From: Terriglobia bacterium
GTDB lineage: Bacteria; Acidobacteriota; Terriglobia; JAIQFV01
Length of the DNA: 64,000 nt
Assembly (NCBI GenBank): GCA_041494885.1
Contig: JBGQBO010000012.1
Location: 2,637-66,636, forward strand
Reading direction: 5' to 3'
Below are positions 10,074 through 20,333 of the stretch, piece by piece. The stretch's first letter is position 1; the number at the start of each line of letters is the position of its first letter. The position numbers were made by a program, and so were the translations under genes. The notes under the pieces are model-generated. The model was not told where the DNA came from. It saw only the letters and a program-made list of their open reading frames with translations, and ran no database searches.

Positions 10074-10290
10074 CAGTTGTCAATTCTCAGAGGAAGTCAC
10101 CAGAAGCGTGAAACCAGAAATCAGAAGTCGGAGGTCAGAGGTCAGAAGTCAAAGGGCGAAGGTCAAGAAGTGACTGAGAAGCACCTTTCGATTTGAACTT
10201 GAAACTTTGAACCTTGAACATTGAACTCAGTACTTGGGACTTTGGACTCTGAAATTTCAACCTTGAACTTTGAACTCAGTTCTTTGGACC
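10074..10290 (-). repeat. Composite heptamer-repeat element, copy B (inverted)
   Basis: Reverse complement carries the same core and 7-mer arrays as copy A; shadow ORFs give the same peptide (SKFQVQIERCFSVTS). Confidence 0.85.
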
Positions 10291-10369
10291 ATGAAGTTTG
10301 GACGCAGATTTTCTGATATACTGCCCTCTCGATCCCGTTCCAAATGCCCCACGAAAAACGAGACTTTTC

Positions 10370-12193
10370 ATGTCCTCTGAAGCGACTGTTGTCCATTTCT
10401 TTTGGAAGCATACGCGCACTCGAGCCGAGCAAACCGCCTTCAGGGTGAAGCGCAACGGCCGGTACATTGATATTACCTGGGGGGAATTTGGCCGCACGGT
10501 CCGCCACCTCGCTCTGGCTTTCGCGCAACACGGAGTGCAGCCAGGCGACGTCGTGGCGATTCTTTCGAACAATCGACCGGAATGGGCGATGGCTGACCTG
10601 GCGGTCCTGACCCTGAATGCGATTTCCGTCTCGATTTATGCCACCAATTTGCCCAAGGATATCGCCTACATTCTAAACCATTCCGAGGCGAAGCTGGTCG
10701 TCGTCGAAAATCGGAAGCAACTCGAAAAGATCAACGAAGTCCGCCCCCAGGTCCCCGCCCTCAAGACGGCTGTGATCATTGATGAGACGGGGATGAGCGG
10801 CCGGGATGACTTCCTCATCCCTTGGAGCGACTTGTTGATCGAAGGGGAACGCCTTGCGGCATCCCCCCGCGCCAAGCTGGACGACCAGCTCGATTCGCTG
10901 CGGCCGGAACAACTCGCCATTGTCATCTACACGTCGGGGACGACGGGCCCACCCAAGGGGGTCATGCTGACCCACGACAATCTGATGTATGTGTGTCAGA
11001 CACTGTCCACGCTCAACATGATTTCCGACCGCGATGTGTTCTTTTCCTTTCTTCCGCTGGCACACGCCCTGGAACGAATCGGAAGCCTCTTTGTTCCCGT
11101 CTACCTGGGAGCACAGGTCGGCTATGCGGAACGGATGGAGACGGTGCCGGAAAACCTTGCAGAAGTGGCGCCTACGATCGTAACGGGAGTTCCGCGATTC
11201 TTTGAAAAAACCCATCAGCGGATCATGGCGGCTGTGAATTCCAGCCCGTCTTACAAACGCGCGCTGTTTCAATGGGCCATTGGGGTTGGACGGCAGGTGA
11301 CTCCTTATCAAATCGCGAAGCTCCCCCTGCCTCCCAGTCTGCGGCTCAGGCGATGGCTGGCGGAACGATTGGCCTTTCAAAAACTCAGGAGACGATTGGG
11401 GGGCCGCCTCCGGTTCTTTGCCTCCGGGGGAGCTCCCTTGTCGAGGGACATTGCGGAGTTTTTTTACGCGGTGGGATTGCCCATCTTTGAAGGATATGGC
11501 GCCACCGAAACGACCTCACCCACCACCGTCAGCGACTTTGACCATTTCAAGTTCGGAACCGTGGGAAAGCCCCTCCCGGGAGTGGAGGTCAAGGTGGCCG
11601 AGGACGGCGAAATCCTGATCCGCGGCCGCAATGTTTTCCAAGGATATTTCAAGGATCCTCGCGCCAGTGAGGAAGCTGTTGTCGAGGGCTGGTATCATTC
11701 CGGCGACATTGGGCGGATCGATGATGAAGGTTTTTTGACTATTCTGGACCGGAAAAAAGAGTTGATCATTACCTCGGCCGGGAAAAATATTTCTCCCCAA
11801 AACATTGAAAACCTCCTGAAACATGATCTCCTCATCAGCCAGGCGGTGGTGATTGGCGATCGCCGTAATTACCTGACGGCGCTACTGACGCTGAACGCCG
11901 AAGTGCTTCCTCAACTGGCGCGCCAACTGGGAATAGGCGAGGGAACGTACCGTGAACTGACACGGCACCCGAGGGTGATAGACCGTATCGCCGGCATCGT
12001 GAATCGGGTTAACCAGCAATTGGCGCGCTTTGAGCAGGTCAAGAAGTTTCGAATCCTTTCCGTTGATTTCTCAGAAGCGACGGGAGAACTGACTCCGACG
12101 CTGAAGCTGCGGCGTAAGTTCATCGCCGAGAAGTATGCCCTCGAAATTACCAGCCTCTACGAGGAGAGCCAGGTCGCGCAAGCGGGTCATTAG
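10370..12193 (+). CDS. fadD: Long-chain fatty acid-CoA ligase
   Basis: YTSGTTGPPKG, EGYGATET, HSGDIG and TPTLKLRR adenylation motifs. Confidence 0.9.
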   Translation: MSSEATVVHFFWKHTRTRAEQTAFRVKRNGRYIDITWGEFGRTVRHLALAFAQHGVQPGDVVAILSNNRPEWAMADLAVLTLNAISVSIYATNLPKDIAYILNHSEAKLVVVENRKQLEKINEVRPQVPALKTAVIIDETGMSGRDDFLIPWSDLLIEGERLAASPRAKLDDQLDSLRPEQLAIVIYTSGTTGPPKGVMLTHDNLMYVCQTLSTLNMISDRDVFFSFLPLAHALERIGSLFVPVYLGAQVGYAERMETVPENLAEVAPTIVTGVPRFFEKTHQRIMAAVNSSPSYKRALFQWAIGVGRQVTPYQIAKLPLPPSLRLRRWLAERLAFQKLRRRLGGRLRFFASGGAPLSRDIAEFFYAVGLPIFEGYGATETTSPTTVSDFDHFKFGTVGKPLPGVEVKVAEDGEILIRGRNVFQGYFKDPRASEEAVVEGWYHSGDIGRIDDEGFLTILDRKKELIITSAGKNISPQNIENLLKHDLLISQAVVIGDRRNYLTALLTLNAEVLPQLARQLGIGEGTYRELTRHPRVIDRIAGIVNRVNQQLARFEQVKKFRILSVDFSEATGELTPTLKLRRKFIAEKYALEITSLYEESQVAQAGH

Positions 12194-12371
12194 AGATTCT
12201 CATCCCTCCGGGACACTGAGGGGAGACCCAGGACAATTCACTCCCGGATGATCAGGGCGTGGCAGCCTCACCCAACAAACCGGACACGTCACCCGGTGAG
12301 ACAAGGTTCTCCCTTGAAAGCACGCACTCTTTCCCCTATGCTTCAGTCTGCCTTCCACAGGAGCACACTCC

Positions 12372-13676
12372 ATGTTGGCTTCGTTTTCCTCCGGACGACG
12401 CACTGGGATCGTGGCGGGATGTCGGACCCCGTTTATAAAAGCGTGGACTCATTTCAGCCATTTGAGTGCCGTTAATCTGGGCAAAATCGCCGTGACGGAA
12501 CTGTTGGCGCGCGGGGGGATCGCCGTCAATCAGATTGACCAGTTGATCTTTGGCGTGGTGATTCCGGCACTCAAGATGCCCAACATCGCGCGTGAGATTG
12601 GATTGAGCTGCGGAATTCCTCCCGCGGTGCCCGCATACACGGTCTCCCTAGCCTGCATTTCGTCACTGGTGGCGATCGCCAACGGCGTCGATCAAATTGC
12701 GGCGGGATTGGCGGACGTCATTGTGGCCGGTGGAGCCGAATCGCTTTCCGATGTCCCCCTGTCCTTCGCCCGGCGGCCGCGCGACCTGTTCCTAGAGCTC
12801 AATCGCGCACGCACCTTTGGGCAAAAACTCTCTATAGGCCTGAAGTTCAGAGTTCGAGATTTTATCCCCGATACTCCGGCGTTGGAGGAACCCTCGACCG
12901 GATTGACCATGGGACAGTCGGCCGAACAGATGGCTCAAATCAACGGAATCTCCCGACAAGAACAGGACGATTTCGCCCTCCTGAGTCACCTCCGCGCCTC
13001 GGCCGCTCAGCGCAGCGGAATCCTCCGAAGCGAAATCGCCCCTGCCTTTCTGGTCGAAGAGAAAAAAGTGGTGTTAGAGGACAATATCATCCGCCACGAC
13101 GCTACTTTGGAATCGATGGCGGGGTTAAAACCGGTTTTCGACCGCCGTTATGGAACCATCACAGCCGCGAACGCCAGCCCCCTCACCGATGGGGCTGCTG
13201 CCGTTCTGCTCGTGAGTGAAGAGAAGGCAAAAGCCCTTGGCATAAAACCGCTGGCTTTCATCCGGTCTTATGCGTTTTCAGCACACTCCCCCAGGGATCA
13301 GATGTTGATGGGCCCGGCCTATGCCACTCCCGTGGCGTTGGATCGTGCGGGAATCCAATGGGACGACCTTTCCGTCGTTGAAATGCACGAAGCCTTCGCC
13401 GCCTCGGTCCTGGCGACCATCAAAATGTTTGAATCGAGGAAGTGGGCGGAGGAGAAATTGAATCGAAGCGAGCCCATCGGCGACGTGGATTATGAAAAAC
13501 TCAACCGCCACGGTGGTTCAATTGCCATTGGCCATCCTTTTGCTGCGACCGGGGCGCGCATGGTGACGACCCTGGCGAACGAACTCGATCGAACGCAATC
13601 AAAGTTTGGGTTAGTGACGGCTTGTGCGGCCGGAGGTCACGGTGCCGCCCTGGTGCTGGAAGGAAACGACACCTAG
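12372..13676 (+). CDS. fadI: Acetyl-CoA C-acyltransferase (thiolase), FadI type
   Basis: RTPF, catalytic SLACISS, MHEAFA, GHPFAATG, CAAGG motifs; AGGAG RBS. Confidence 0.9.
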   Translation: MLASFSSGRRTGIVAGCRTPFIKAWTHFSHLSAVNLGKIAVTELLARGGIAVNQIDQLIFGVVIPALKMPNIAREIGLSCGIPPAVPAYTVSLACISSLVAIANGVDQIAAGLADVIVAGGAESLSDVPLSFARRPRDLFLELNRARTFGQKLSIGLKFRVRDFIPDTPALEEPSTGLTMGQSAEQMAQINGISRQEQDDFALLSHLRASAAQRSGILRSEIAPAFLVEEKKVVLEDNIIRHDATLESMAGLKPVFDRRYGTITAANASPLTDGAAAVLLVSEEKAKALGIKPLAFIRSYAFSAHSPRDQMLMGPAYATPVALDRAGIQWDDLSVVEMHEAFAASVLATIKMFESRKWAEEKLNRSEPIGDVDYEKLNRHGGSIAIGHPFAATGARMVTTLANELDRTQSKFGLVTACAAGGHGAALVLEGNDT

Positions 13677-13712
13677 AGACGTCCTGTCGGGACGTCCCCA
13701 CCCACGTCCATC

Positions 13713-14882
13713 ATGTTGAATGACATCACGATCCTTGACCTTTCCCGGCACCTTCCGGGACCTTATGCCACTATGGTGCTGGGAGATTGGGGAGCAAAAG
13801 TCATCAAAATAGAAGAGCCGATGCTGGGGGATGCGGTTCGATGGACACCCCCCTTCGTGGAGGGGACATCAGCCCTTTTTCTCCAGTTGAACAGGAATAA
13901 GAAAGGGCTCACACTCAATCTGAAAACCCCCGAGGCAAGGGAGATACTGTTGAAGCTCTCCCGCGAGGCCGACGTCCTTGTGGAAAGCTTTCGTCCGGGG
14001 GTCGCGAGCCGGTTTGGAATCGATTATGAGACGCTGAAACAGCACAATCCGCGGCTGGTCTATTGCTCCATCTCAGGGTTCGGACAGACCGGTCCGTATC
14101 GCGATCGGGCTGGACATGACATCAATTACATTGCCCGCGCCGGACTGCTCGGATTGAACACGGATGCCCGCGGTATCCCCATTATCCCGCCCGTTCAAAT
14201 CGCCGACCTGGCCTCCGGCGCCATGCTTTGTCTTGCTGGGATTCTGATCGCCTTGCACGCGCGCCAGACCTCCGGCGAGGGAAAGTTTGTCGACGTATCG
14301 ATGCTGGAGGGGACCATGGCATTATTGCCGATCGCCCTCTCTCACTGGATGGCGGGGGAGCCGATGCGTGTGGGTGAAAAGACGGAGCTCACTGGCACCG
14401 TTCCCTTTTACAACGTGTACCAGACGGCCGATGGAAGGTTTCTGGCTCTGGGCGCGATCGAGCCTAAATTCTGGGAAAATTTTTGCAGGGCAATCCGCCG
14501 GCCCGAGTTGACCTCCCAGCAGTTTGCATCAGGAGCGGAGCGCGAGCGGGTGTTTCAGGAGGTCACTCAAACCCTGGCATCGCGGACGCTGGCCGAGTGG
14601 GTCGCAGTCTTCGAAGGACTTGATGTCTGCTGTGAACCAGTGGAATCTCTCGACGAAGTCCTGGCAAACCCGCACCTCCGGCATCGAGGCATGGTTCAGC
14701 AGGCTGCCCATCCCTCCGGGGGGGTCTTCAAACAATTGGGGACGGCGTTGAAGTTTTCAGATGTTGAGGCGCCTCCCTCTCAACCTGCCCCGAAGCTGGG
14801 GGAGCACACTGACGAAATTCTGTCCCAGTTGGGATATTCCAGATCAGAAATCTCAAATCTCAGGACCCAGGGGGCAATCTGA
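13713..14882 (+). CDS. CaiB/BaiF family III CoA-transferase, alpha-methylacyl-CoA racemase-like
   Basis: LPGPY, LNRNKK, AGHDINY, GAIEPKFW, APKLGEHT motifs. Confidence 0.85.
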   Translation: MLNDITILDLSRHLPGPYATMVLGDWGAKVIKIEEPMLGDAVRWTPPFVEGTSALFLQLNRNKKGLTLNLKTPEAREILLKLSREADVLVESFRPGVASRFGIDYETLKQHNPRLVYCSISGFGQTGPYRDRAGHDINYIARAGLLGLNTDARGIPIIPPVQIADLASGAMLCLAGILIALHARQTSGEGKFVDVSMLEGTMALLPIALSHWMAGEPMRVGEKTELTGTVPFYNVYQTADGRFLALGAIEPKFWENFCRAIRRPELTSQQFASGAERERVFQEVTQTLASRTLAEWVAVFEGLDVCCEPVESLDEVLANPHLRHRGMVQQAAHPSGGVFKQLGTALKFSDVEAPPSQPAPKLGEHTDEILSQLGYSRSEISNLRTQGAI

Positions 14883-17029
14883 TGCCCGCATTCAATCTCT
14901 CCGTTGACGAGAATCATATTGCCATTCTTCGTTTTGACCTTGAAGGCGAGAAGGTCAACAAACTCACCACCGAGGTCATTCGTGAGGCCGAAGAGGTTTT
15001 TGAGGAGATCCGGCATCGCTCTGACATCCGGGCGGTTGTCTTCATAAGCGGCAAGGAAGACAATTTCATCGCCGGTGCCGACATCCATGAATTCCTGAAG
15101 TTCGAATCTGCAGCCCAGGCTACGGAGGCCTCTCGTTACGGACAGAAGGCCCTGCAGAAGATCGCAGACATGAAGATCCCGGTCGTCGCCGCCATCCAGG
15201 GCGCCTGCCTCGGGGGCGGCATGGAGGTGGCGCTCGCCTGCCATTACCGGATTTGTACCGACGACAAGAAAACCCAGTTGGGACAGCCTGAGGTGCAGTT
15301 GGGCTTGCTGCCGGGAGCGGGTGGGACCCAGCGCTTGCCCTCACTTGTTGGGATTCAAAACGCCATTGAGGTTGCCACCAGCGGCCGCAATTACCGGCCA
15401 AAACAAGCGCTCAAGAAGGGGCTCGTTGACGAGGTGGTTCCCCGGCCCCTGCTCCTGAGCATCGCCGCAACTCGCGCCGGCGAACTCGCGGAAGGGAAAC
15501 TCATCCCCCCTCGCCATCTGCCCCGCGGACTGAAAGCGTGGGCACTTGAACGCAATCCCCTGGGACGCCGACTGCTCTTCCGCCAGGCCAAGAAAATTAT
15601 CCGGGAGAAGACGCATGGCCACTATCCCGCGCCCCTCAGTGCCCTCGAAGCCATCCGGGTGGGCGTCTCAGACGGACCTGCGAAAGGATTCCTGGCGGAA
15701 TCCAAGGGATTTGGCGACCTCGCCATGACCGGTGCCTGCCGCCATTTGATCCATCTCTTCTTTGCAACCACCGATGTGAAGAAGGATCCGGGTATCGATG
15801 ACTCTTCCATCAGGCCTCAACCGGTCGACCGGGTCGGCATTCTGGGCGCCGGATTCATGGGAGCGGGCATCGCCGCGGTCTCCTCCAGTGCCGGTCTGAG
15901 CGCTCGCTTGCGGGATGTCTCAGAGGAAGCCTGCCTGAAGGGACTCACGGCTTGTTACAAGGTATTCGAAGATCGCTTTCGTCGAAGATCAATCTCCAGG
16001 TTGGAACTCCAGGAATTAAAGGATCGCGTTTCGGCCACCTCCGAGTTCACCGGCTTTTCGACCTGTAATCTGACCATTGAGGCGGTCTTTGAAGACATTG
16101 AACTCAAGCACCAGGTGATCCGGGAGATCGAGCCGCATCTTCGGGACGACGCCGTCCTCGGTTCGAATACCTCTTCGATTGCGATCACCCGGCTTGCGGA
16201 AGCCTCGCGGCGGCCGGAGCAATTCATCGGGTTGCACTTCTTCTCTCCCGTTCACAAGATGCCTCTGTTGGAGATCATCGTGACTCGACAAACCTCCAAG
16301 CAGGCGATCGCCACCTCAGTCGAGTACGGAAAGAAAATCGGGAAGTTTCCCATTGTGGTTAACGACGGCGTGGGATTCTACACCTCCCGGATCCTGGCGC
16401 CGTATATGAACGAAGCTTCATTCATCCTGGAGGACGGTGCGGCCGTCGAGGCCTTGGACCACGCCATGGTCGATTTCGGTTTTCCAGTGGGGCCTATGAC
16501 CCTGCTGGATGAAGTCGGCATCGACGTGGCCGCGAAAGTGGGAAAAATCATGCTTGAGGCGTTTGGAGAGCGGCTGAAGCCTCCCTCCAGCATGGGGCAG
16601 TTGGTGAAGGACGCAAGGCTCGGACGCAAGAACAAGAAGGGGTTCTATCAGTACATCACCACCCGTCAGGGAGAAACCAAGAAAGCGGGAGTAGACCCGA
16701 CGATCTACGATCTGCTTCCCGGCGGAAGGAATCGAAAAACCATCGCCGTCAACGATGTCCAATTACGCCTCTCCATGGCGATGCTGAACGAATGCGCCCG
16801 TTGCCTGGAGGAAGGCATCCTGCGTTCTCCGCGAGACGGTGACATCGGCGCCGTGATGGGACTGGGTTTCCCGCCCTTCCGGGGGGGGCCTTTTCGATAT
16901 ATGGATTCTCTCGGGTTGGAGAATGTCGTCCGCCACCTGGACTCACTCCAGAAAAAATGGGGGGACCGCTTTAAGCCATCGGAAATGATCGTTCGGTTGG
17001 CGCAGGAGAATAAGAAGTTCTATTCATGA
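14882..17029 (+). CDS. fadJ: Fatty acid oxidation complex alpha subunit (enoyl-CoA hydratase / 3-hydroxyacyl-CoA dehydrogenase)
   Basis: [41 protein letters not shown]; translationally coupled to the upstream gene (TGATG). Confidence 0.92.
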   Translation: MPAFNLSVDENHIAILRFDLEGEKVNKLTTEVIREAEEVFEEIRHRSDIRAVVFISGKEDNFIAGADIHEFLKFESAAQATEASRYGQKALQKIADMKIPVVAAIQGACLGGGMEVALACHYRICTDDKKTQLGQPEVQLGLLPGAGGTQRLPSLVGIQNAIEVATSGRNYRPKQALKKGLVDEVVPRPLLLSIAATRAGELAEGKLIPPRHLPRGLKAWALERNPLGRRLLFRQAKKIIREKTHGHYPAPLSALEAIRVGVSDGPAKGFLAESKGFGDLAMTGACRHLIHLFFATTDVKKDPGIDDSSIRPQPVDRVGILGAGFMGAGIAAVSSSAGLSARLRDVSEEACLKGLTACYKVFEDRFRRRSISRLELQELKDRVSATSEFTGFSTCNLTIEAVFEDIELKHQVIREIEPHLRDDAVLGSNTSSIAITRLAEASRRPEQFIGLHFFSPVHKMPLLEIIVTRQTSKQAIATSVEYGKKIGKFPIVVNDGVGFYTSRILAPYMNEASFILEDGAAVEALDHAMVDFGFPVGPMTLLDEVGIDVAAKVGKIMLEAFGERLKPPSSMGQLVKDARLGRKNKKGFYQYITTRQGETKKAGVDPTIYDLLPGGRNRKTIAVNDVQLRLSMAMLNECARCLEEGILRSPRDGDIGAVMGLGFPPFRGGPFRYMDSLGLENVVRHLDSLQKKWGDRFKPSEMIVRLAQENKKFYS

Positions 17030-17083
17030 GCCAAGTCCATTGATTCCGCCCGGTCCGCACCGTGGCTGGGTTATTGAATCGTT

Positions 17084-17164
17084 GGGGCGCACAGTCCGCC
17101 ATGGCGGACGTCCCACGCGGCACTGGAAACATCTAAACTCGGGGGGCGCACGACTGTGCGCCCC
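17084..17164. repeat. Two REP-like palindromes
   Basis: GGGGCGCACAGTCCGCCATGGCGGACGTCCC and GGGGCGCACGACTGTGCGCCCC. Confidence 0.6.
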
Positions 17165-17190
17165 ACAAGGCCGAAACCAAGGATTCCCTC

Positions 17191-19041
17191 ATGCCCTCCA
17201 AAAACCTCTTCACAGAGAATGATGACCTCCAATTTCACTTCCACCATGGCATCGACTGGAACCCGTTGATTGCCGCCTGGCACGATGAGGGGGAAGGCCC
17301 GCTCAACGCCGGCGAAACGAAGCAGCAGTATGAGGAAGCATTAAGTTTGGTCGGTGAATTCTGTGCCCGGGAAGTGGCGCCTCGCGCCGCCGGAATCGAC
17401 CAGGCGGGGATTCGATGGAAAGATGGAGATGTTATCCTTCCGGACGGTCTCGTTACGAATCTGGAGGCGGCAAAACAACTGGGCATCCTTGCGGTCAGTC
17501 TTCCCAAGGCACTCGGAGGCTGGAACTTTCCTTATACCGTGAATGCCATGATGGTCGAAATGATCTCAACCGCGTGTCCCAACACGCTCAGTTTCCTCGC
17601 TTTTTATCAAAGCCCCGCCATGATGCTGCTTCGCTTTGCGAGCGATGAGATCAAGGAACGATATATCCCTAAATTGGCGAGCGGTGAGATTTCGGGTTCT
17701 GTCGCCATGACGGAACCGGAAGCCGGGAGCGATGTAGGCGCGCTGACAACGGCGGCGGTCGATGCAGGGGATGGGGCCTGGCGCATCACCGGGCGGAAGC
17801 AGTTCATCACCAACGGGTGTGGAGACATCGCGCTGGTCCTGACCCGCACGGATCCCCGCTCGAAAGGACTGGAAGGACTCTCCATGCATCTGGTCCCCCG
17901 CTATATCGAGCGCGAAGGCCAGCGCGTCAGAAATTTCGAAATTGGAAAACCGGAACACAAGATGTCGCTTCGTGGCTCGCCGACCCTGGAACAGTACTTT
18001 GATCACTCCATCGGATATCTGATCGGAGAAGCGGGCAAGGGCTGGGAGTATATCCTGTCCTTTATGAACGAGGCGCGGGTTGCGGTCGGAATCCAGGCCC
18101 TTGGGATCTGTCAGTCCGCCTACCGCAAGGCCTATGACTATGCCCGGCAGCGCCAACAAATGGGTAAGGCCATAGCCCAGCACGAACTCGTGGCCGACAT
18201 GCTGTTGGACATGGATTTGGAAATCCGGGCGCTGCGCGCCATGATTTACGAGGCCACACAGACCGAGGACCGGCGGGTCGGATTGCAGAAACTCCTGGCA
18301 GAAGGAAAGTTGAGTGAGGCCGAGATCAAGACGGTGAAGCCATTGATCAAGAAACTGGAACATTCATCTCGCGAGCTGACCCCGTTGATCAAGTACTGGG
18401 GAGCGGAGAAGGCGGTCGAGATCAGCCGGAAGGCCCTTCAAATTCATGGGGGCTATGGAATTTTCGAATCGTATGAAGTGGAGCGGCATTTACGCAACTC
18501 CGTCATCACGGCGATCTATGAAGGAACGTCCCAAATTCAGGCCCTCATGGCGCTCAAAGACCAGCTCAACTGGGCCATGTCCCGTCCCAAAGACTTTGTG
18601 AGTGCCCGTCTGGCTCTAAAGGCGGCCAAGTCAAGGGCCGGCGCGGCCACGAAGAACCTGCTGGCAATCCGGGACGAAATCTCAAGCGCGATCCAATATC
18701 TGGTCCTGGATATCCTTCGTGAGAAAAAGAAAGGGGCCAAGGGATCCGGGAAGGACTTAGGTTGGATCCAAATGATCCGGCAAGGAAAGTCGGCGTTTTC
18801 AAGGGATGATCTGAAACACTTCAGTTATGCCCTGCTGAGTGCAGAGCGGCTCGCCACGATGTTTTCTCTCTATCATGGCGCTCGTTTGCTGAAGGCCCTG
18901 GCGAATCATACGGACGATGAAAAACGGACGACGCTGGCGGATCGCTACCTTCGAAGAAGACGGGCCGTGGTCGAATCCCTGGGTGGACAAATCCGAAGCG
19001 GGGACCGAAGCACGCTGGAATACATCCAGGAAAATTTGTAG
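17191..19041 (+). CDS. Acyl-CoA dehydrogenase (long type with C-terminal extension)
   Basis: AMTEPEAGSD, GRKQFIT, LQIHGGYG, IYEGTSQIQ motifs. Confidence 0.92.
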   Translation: MPSKNLFTENDDLQFHFHHGIDWNPLIAAWHDEGEGPLNAGETKQQYEEALSLVGEFCAREVAPRAAGIDQAGIRWKDGDVILPDGLVTNLEAAKQLGILAVSLPKALGGWNFPYTVNAMMVEMISTACPNTLSFLAFYQSPAMMLLRFASDEIKERYIPKLASGEISGSVAMTEPEAGSDVGALTTAAVDAGDGAWRITGRKQFITNGCGDIALVLTRTDPRSKGLEGLSMHLVPRYIEREGQRVRNFEIGKPEHKMSLRGSPTLEQYFDHSIGYLIGEAGKGWEYILSFMNEARVAVGIQALGICQSAYRKAYDYARQRQQMGKAIAQHELVADMLLDMDLEIRALRAMIYEATQTEDRRVGLQKLLAEGKLSEAEIKTVKPLIKKLEHSSRELTPLIKYWGAEKAVEISRKALQIHGGYGIFESYEVERHLRNSVITAIYEGTSQIQALMALKDQLNWAMSRPKDFVSARLALKAAKSRAGAATKNLLAIRDEISSAIQYLVLDILREKKKGAKGSGKDLGWIQMIRQGKSAFSRDDLKHFSYALLSAERLATMFSLYHGARLLKALANHTDDEKRTTLADRYLRRRRAVVESLGGQIRSGDRSTLEYIQENL

Positions 19042-19063
19042 GGCGACCAGATTGATCGCGCTA

Positions 19064-19798
19064 TTAAAGATCCTGTAAAAACGGATTGGACCTCCGTTCG
19101 CGGCCGATCGTCGTCGCGGGTCCGTGGCCGGGATAGACGAGGGTGGAGTCATCGTATTTCCGTAGAATCCGGGCCAACGACTCCATGATCGTTTCGAATG
19201 AGCCTCCCCACAGATCCGTCCGTCCGATGGACGAGAGAAACAGCGTGTCACCCGTGAAGAGGACTTGCTTTGCGCTCTCGTTCCCATTCCGGGAGGAAAC
19301 AGGTTCCATCCCCGAACCCGCCCTGCTGTTAACAGGACGTATGCCCCTCTTCTCTCCGATACCCGTGAATTCTGTTTCAAACGTCAAACTCCCCGGGGTG
19401 TGTCCAGGCGTGTGCATCACCTCACAAACAATCGATCCGCACCGTATGACGTCACCGGTTTCGAGGTAGGCATCCACCTTTGACGTCGGTGGTTCGGGGA
19501 TGCCGATCATGGCCGCCTGCCTCTTCAGATTTTCGAGAAGAGGCAGATCCGCCTTGTGGAGGCAAACCTCGGCCCCCGTATGGTCGCGCAGTTCGGCGTT
19601 CGCCCCGACATGATCGATGTGAGTATGCGTATTGAATATCTTGCGAAGCTTGAGGTCGTGTTGCTTCAGCACCGCCAGGATGCGCTCCACCTCATCGCCG
19701 GGATCAATGACGATTGCTTCGCGCGTCGCCTCATCGCCCAGGATGGCACAGTTGCATTGCAGCAGACCGACTGGAAAGGTTTCGAAGATCATTTTCAA
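19064..19798 (-). CDS. MBL-fold metallo-hydrolase (glyoxalase II-like)
   Basis: THTHIDH, PGHTPG, TGDTLF, PGHG; carries a roughly 25-aa low-complexity insertion. Confidence 0.9.
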   Translation of the reverse strand: MKMIFETFPVGLLQCNCAILGDEATREAIVIDPGDEVERILAVLKQHDLKLRKIFNTHTHIDHVGANAELRDHTGAEVCLHKADLPLLENLKRQAAMIGIPEPPTSKVDAYLETGDVIRCGSIVCEVMHTPGHTPGSLTFETEFTGIGEKRGIRPVNSRAGSGMEPVSSRNGNESAKQVLFTGDTLFLSSIGRTDLWGGSFETIMESLARILRKYDDSTLVYPGHGPATTIGRERRSNPFLQDL

Positions 19799-20054
19799 GA
19801 CTCCAAGAGATTCAGATTCTTTTGGGACACGGACTCACGCAGACAAACGCGGATCGCATATAGAAATAATGGAGTCTTACCTTTCTTGGATTCAACCTTA
19901 GGGGATACAGCCCCCTTTCTGATTAGCACCGGCGCATAATGGAGTGCTGTCATCTCACAGGGTCGATCCATACAGGGAATTATAGCATGGACGCCACCCC
20001 ATCAATTCGCAATCTCACGTTGACGTAAGCTGTAACTCAAAGATAATTCACCAC

Positions 20055-20082
20055 TTGACACCACACGTGGGCGTTGTAGAAT
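20055..20082 (+). promoter_or_regulatory. Sigma70-type promoter of the tes locus
   Basis: TTGACA (20055-20060), 16 nt spacer, TAGAAT (20077-20082). Confidence 0.65.
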
Positions 20083-20088
20083 TCAGTC

Positions 20089-20199
20089 CTCGGTCGGGCC
20101 CTGCCCCATCGGGGCCTATGAGACGATGTCTCGAGACCAAACCGCAAGCCAACTTTCGGCTGGCTCTAGGCGTAAAACGCCACGTAGTTGCCGACCGGG
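20089..20199 (+). ncRNA. Candidate structured 5' leader RNA (multi-stem junction)
   Basis: Closing stem CGGTCGG/CCGACCG encloses four hairpins; no match to a riboswitch family I recognise. Confidence 0.4.
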
Positions 20200-20333
20200 C
20201 GGCTGCCGGACCTGAACGAATTCCAGTCTTCCAGAGTCTCAGGGGGAGAAGACTTCTTCAATCCAGGTTAGATCGAGCGGTCCATCAGGGAGGCGTTTCA
20301 AATCCAGCAGAATATGAATTCGAGGAGGAGTAA

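Noticed and set aside
10163-10531. Small ORFs sharing peptides such as SKFQVQIERCFSVTS or QLSVVGCQLS across loci
   Set aside because: These are translations of the heptamer elements, not a protein family.
20020-20040. Possible FNR-like box upstream of the tes promoter
   Set aside because: TTGAC and CTCAA are 11 bp apart, not the TTGAT-N4-ATCAA spacing.
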